Source: Nemertoderma westbladi
Lineage: Eukaryota > Animalia > Xenacoelomorpha
Direction of reading: 5' to 3'
Assembly (NCBI GenBank): GCA_032718475.1
Contig: JAUCBJ010000174.1
Span: 62,001-126,000 of the forward strand
Length of the DNA stretch: 64,000 nt
The notes under the pieces were generated by a model. The model made no database searches, was not told the origin of the DNA, and saw only the letters and a program-made list of their open reading frames with translations. A program made the position numbers and the translations under genes. Position 1 is the first letter of the stretch, and the number at the start of each line of letters is the position of its first letter. This document shows, in pieces, positions 60,987 through 64,000 of this stretch.

Positions 60987-63172
60987 GAATCAGATGTATC
61001 TAAATTCAAGTTCAAGGACCATAATGTAGGAGACGATTTTATCAATAAAGGTTCACATATTTTATTGATAACAAGTGGCAGTATAGTTGACAAATTCCCA
61101 TCAAGTAAATGTAAATCTATTTCTATTAAATCTAATGTTTCTGGAACACAATTTCCTTTACATTTATCACCCCGAAATCCCTGTAAACAAACTAGTTGTT
61201 TGCCAACGACTGGCAAATTATTTAGAGTTACAAATTTTTCTGTAACAAATGATTTTGTGCTGCCGGTGTCAAAAAAGGAATTTACTTGTTTTGATTGGTT
61301 TATATCAGTAATGCATGAAATGACTGCTGTTTGCAAAAGGACTATTTCATGTTTATTGTTAACTGCAGGTCGTGCGAAGTGCATAACGGTGTCTGGAAGG
61401 ACATCAATATTGTTAGTAGTTGTGTAGTCATCTCCTGGTTGTTGTGTCACCATGGCAACATGTACGGTTTTGGATTTAGGGTTTTCCACTACCTTATAAC
61501 ATATTGACGTGTGGTGGCCTGTCTGCTTACAATTATAGCAAGGAGGTTTTTTTCGTGGGCAATTGCTAGCTTGATGATCATTTCCAATGCATATGAAGCA
61601 ACGATTTTGTTTTTGTAATATACTTTTGCGCTCAGGGATGTTACCTATAATGTGACAGTTTGAGGAATAATGGTTTTGCTTACAGAAAATGCACCGTGGG
61701 ACCTTTTGTAACTGTGATTGTGGGTTAAATGGCGCTTTTTGATTTTGAGTGGTATTCGATGCTTGAGGTTTTCTAACCATTTCAGTGAAGAATGTGGACA
61801 CTGTGGCCGTGAATGGTTTTTGACCAGGAGTGAATACTTGACGGTTGTTGTTCTTGTTGACTTGGTTGCTTAAGCTCTGCTAGTGCTTCATCAGTATCAA
61901 TCTGTACCTGTATTAATTTCATTAATAGTTCAAGGTCGTTAATTTCATTGTTATTATCCCGTAAAATCCGTTGAGCTAATTGTGTGGGTAATGACCTTAA
62001 AATATCGGGTATGACCATGCGTTGGTATTCGTGTGTTGTGACGTTGAGAGTTTCTAATGCTCGTATATTCTTTCTACAATTGTTGTAGATGTCTCGTAAT
62101 GAATTTGCATTACCAACTTTATAAGAACCTCTGTGTAACTCCTCTATGTGAGCTCTTATTATGCGATTTTTGTTCCCATATTCATCTTTCAATAAATCTA
62201 AAGCTACAGAATAATTACCTGCAGCTACTGGTAAACCGGCAACAATAGCTTTTGGTATAGGACCTAAACTTTGTACGAGATATTGAAATTTTAGAACATC
62301 CGGTAATCCTGATTCATGAATGGCAGCTACAAAGGCATCATACCAGCCAAAATATTCTAAGGGATTGCCGTTGAAAATTGGTGGTTTTAATTTGCCTAGT
62401 ACGGATCTGGCATATGCTTGAGAATTTCCAAATGTTTGATTGCTATTTACATGGTACTTGATGAGAATGTGTTACCTAATTGTATCGTGGATGTAGGATC
62501 TACATTAGTAGTTATTGGTCTACCACGTTAATTAGACAGTTGTAACTCAGAAATTAAGTTAGACAGTTTTACCTCATAATCTGAAGCAGTCTGTAAGTCT
62601 TGATCCACGAAATCCGTTGTACTGAGTTCCCATATGTCTCCGTTGATTTTGTCTAACTGGTCTCTGTATCGTTCGAGTGTGTTGATGTGTGCATTGCTGG
62701 CCACCTCGTCGAGTTTGGTGATATCTTGACCATTAATCGTGTTGTAAACCTTGGTTGCTGCGGCTCGAACACCTCGTCTTTTGGCTTGCAACTGTGTTGT
62801 ATCCATTGCGTATCTTTGTGTTGAGTGATTATGGGTTTTTATCGGGCGCCATAATGCGTAAATTGGTTTGACCAAAGTCAAATGAGTTTGTCATAAAGAC
62901 AGGAAGTTTCAAATAAACAAAATGGGGCGTTTTTTCAATACAATACTAATATAATGAATAATTGAGTAACGCACACAAATCTTGATTCAAGTCCAATATA
63001 TAACTAATTTACTACATTCACTTACTACAGCTGAACGTATTACTAACTACTGTACAAACAATGCACATTCTACTGTAGGAATAGGACTGTATACAATGAG
63101 TTATGGTGTGATATTGTCAAAGGGCTAATTAGAATAAATTACTAATTAAGATAGTTAATGTTGCATTATACA
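60987..63172 (-). mobile_element. Third BEL/Pao family: 5' LTR, PBS and frameshifted gag-protease, 3'-truncated
   Basis: PBS TGGCGCCCGA (62842-62851, tRNA-Lys-like) 3 nt after a CA end at 62855-62856; PIFNGNPLEYFGWYDAF...KFQYL; CIFCKQNH/CFICIGNDH/CYNCKQTGHHTSIC; FFDTGSTKSF; LTR outer end (~63172) inferred. Confidence 0.85.
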
Positions 63173-63369
63173 GAATTTGCCACAATTTTATAGCCCGGTA
63201 GTATTGGGGTTATTATGTGACTCATGAAAATAAATCTTAAATACAATACAAATGTTCCACCTTGGTGAAGTGGATGCAATGTATTTACAACTCGAGTGTG
63301 GATCAGGATAGTTTTCGTTAAGGTTTCACCTTGGTGAAGTGGAAGCATTGTATTCACATTTCGAGTACC

Positions 63370-63693
63370 ATTTTTATTGAAACCTATGGGGCATTTTATA
63401 TTAGCCGATTTTTCAAAATTTGTAAAGTTTTGAGGGTTTTTATGAAAAATATAGGGATTTAGGAATTAACATTCAAATTGATTACGAAGAAGCAATAGGG
63501 GTCATTAATGGTATGCTGAGACTCAGAAATTTTCAGGAATTTTAAATTTTTGCCGTCGCTTCGTGGAAAATATAAAAAGTAAACACAAAATAGGATACAC
63601 AGATTGTCACAGATTCGATTCCCTACCCCGACCACGGTCATTATGACCCTCCCCGATATTTGTACAACATTTTATAGCCCGGTAGTATTAGGG
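63370..63693. mobile_element. Right end of a related TTAA MITE (second end fragment at ~63185-63212)
   Basis: ATTTGTACAACATTTTATAGCCCGGTAGTATTAGGG matches the right terminus at 26187-26222. Confidence 0.6.
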
Positions 63694-64000
63694 ATAAAGC
63701 TACTAAACTAAAACATAACAAAGTGCAATTATCCTATCTGTTCCAACTCAGTGTCACTACTTTAGATAATATACTATAATAATAGTGATAGCAGATGCTT
63801 TTAATTTCAATTTTTCAATTAATTTTAATGCAAAATACGGCGATCAAGGCAGCAACTTCGAAATGACTATGGTAAAAATGAGATAAATAATATTACTGGA
63901 CTTTACTATGACGGTCGAAACGATAAAACTATTTACGTAGATTCAGAAACTGGTGGGGTTAAATTAAAGACTGAGGGACATGAGGTACTGATAGCTGAAC

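Noticed and set aside
59870-63693. One MITE with a cleanly nested BEL element
   Set aside because: No 3' LTR or TSD, and 63370-63640 does not match the sister MITE's right interior; more likely a deletion joining separate fragments.

Overview
AT-rich eukaryotic DNA, most likely from a bilaterian invertebrate (CTCF-type motifs, a fibrinogen-domain exon). Almost the whole window is nested mobile DNA; no prokaryotic system or CRISPR array is present. Main components: (1) an 8.37-kb foldback element (310-8677) with Polinton/Maverick-type AGTAGT...ACTACT ends and a 6-bp TSD, splitting an L2 LINE. Its ~3-kb arms carry palindromic 22-bp arrays, tRNA-like Pol III units and CTCF motifs around one zinc-finger/acidic ORF. 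(2) Degraded CR1, L2, RTE and P-like fragments and an internally deleted Academ-like DNA transposon (16.4-20.5 kb). (3) Two decayed copies of one BEL/Pao family (23-31 kb, 53-59 kb) and a third BEL gag (61-63 kb); TTAA piggyBac-type MITEs interrupt the first two and adjoin the third. (4) A young non-autonomous BEL-derived LTR element (32074-43251; ~99% identical 1.23-kb LTRs, 5-bp TSD). It keeps Gag-protease, has lost RT and integrase, carries extra ORFs including a CCHC-knuckle protein, and has an 11-nt sequence complementary to its own LTR instead of a tRNA primer site. (5) A Penelope-like element with pseudo-LTRs and two U3-A8-variant hammerhead ribozymes. (6) One apparent host exon, a fibrinogen-related domain that has lost both C-terminal cysteines. 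Family assignments come from motif recognition by eye, not database searches.
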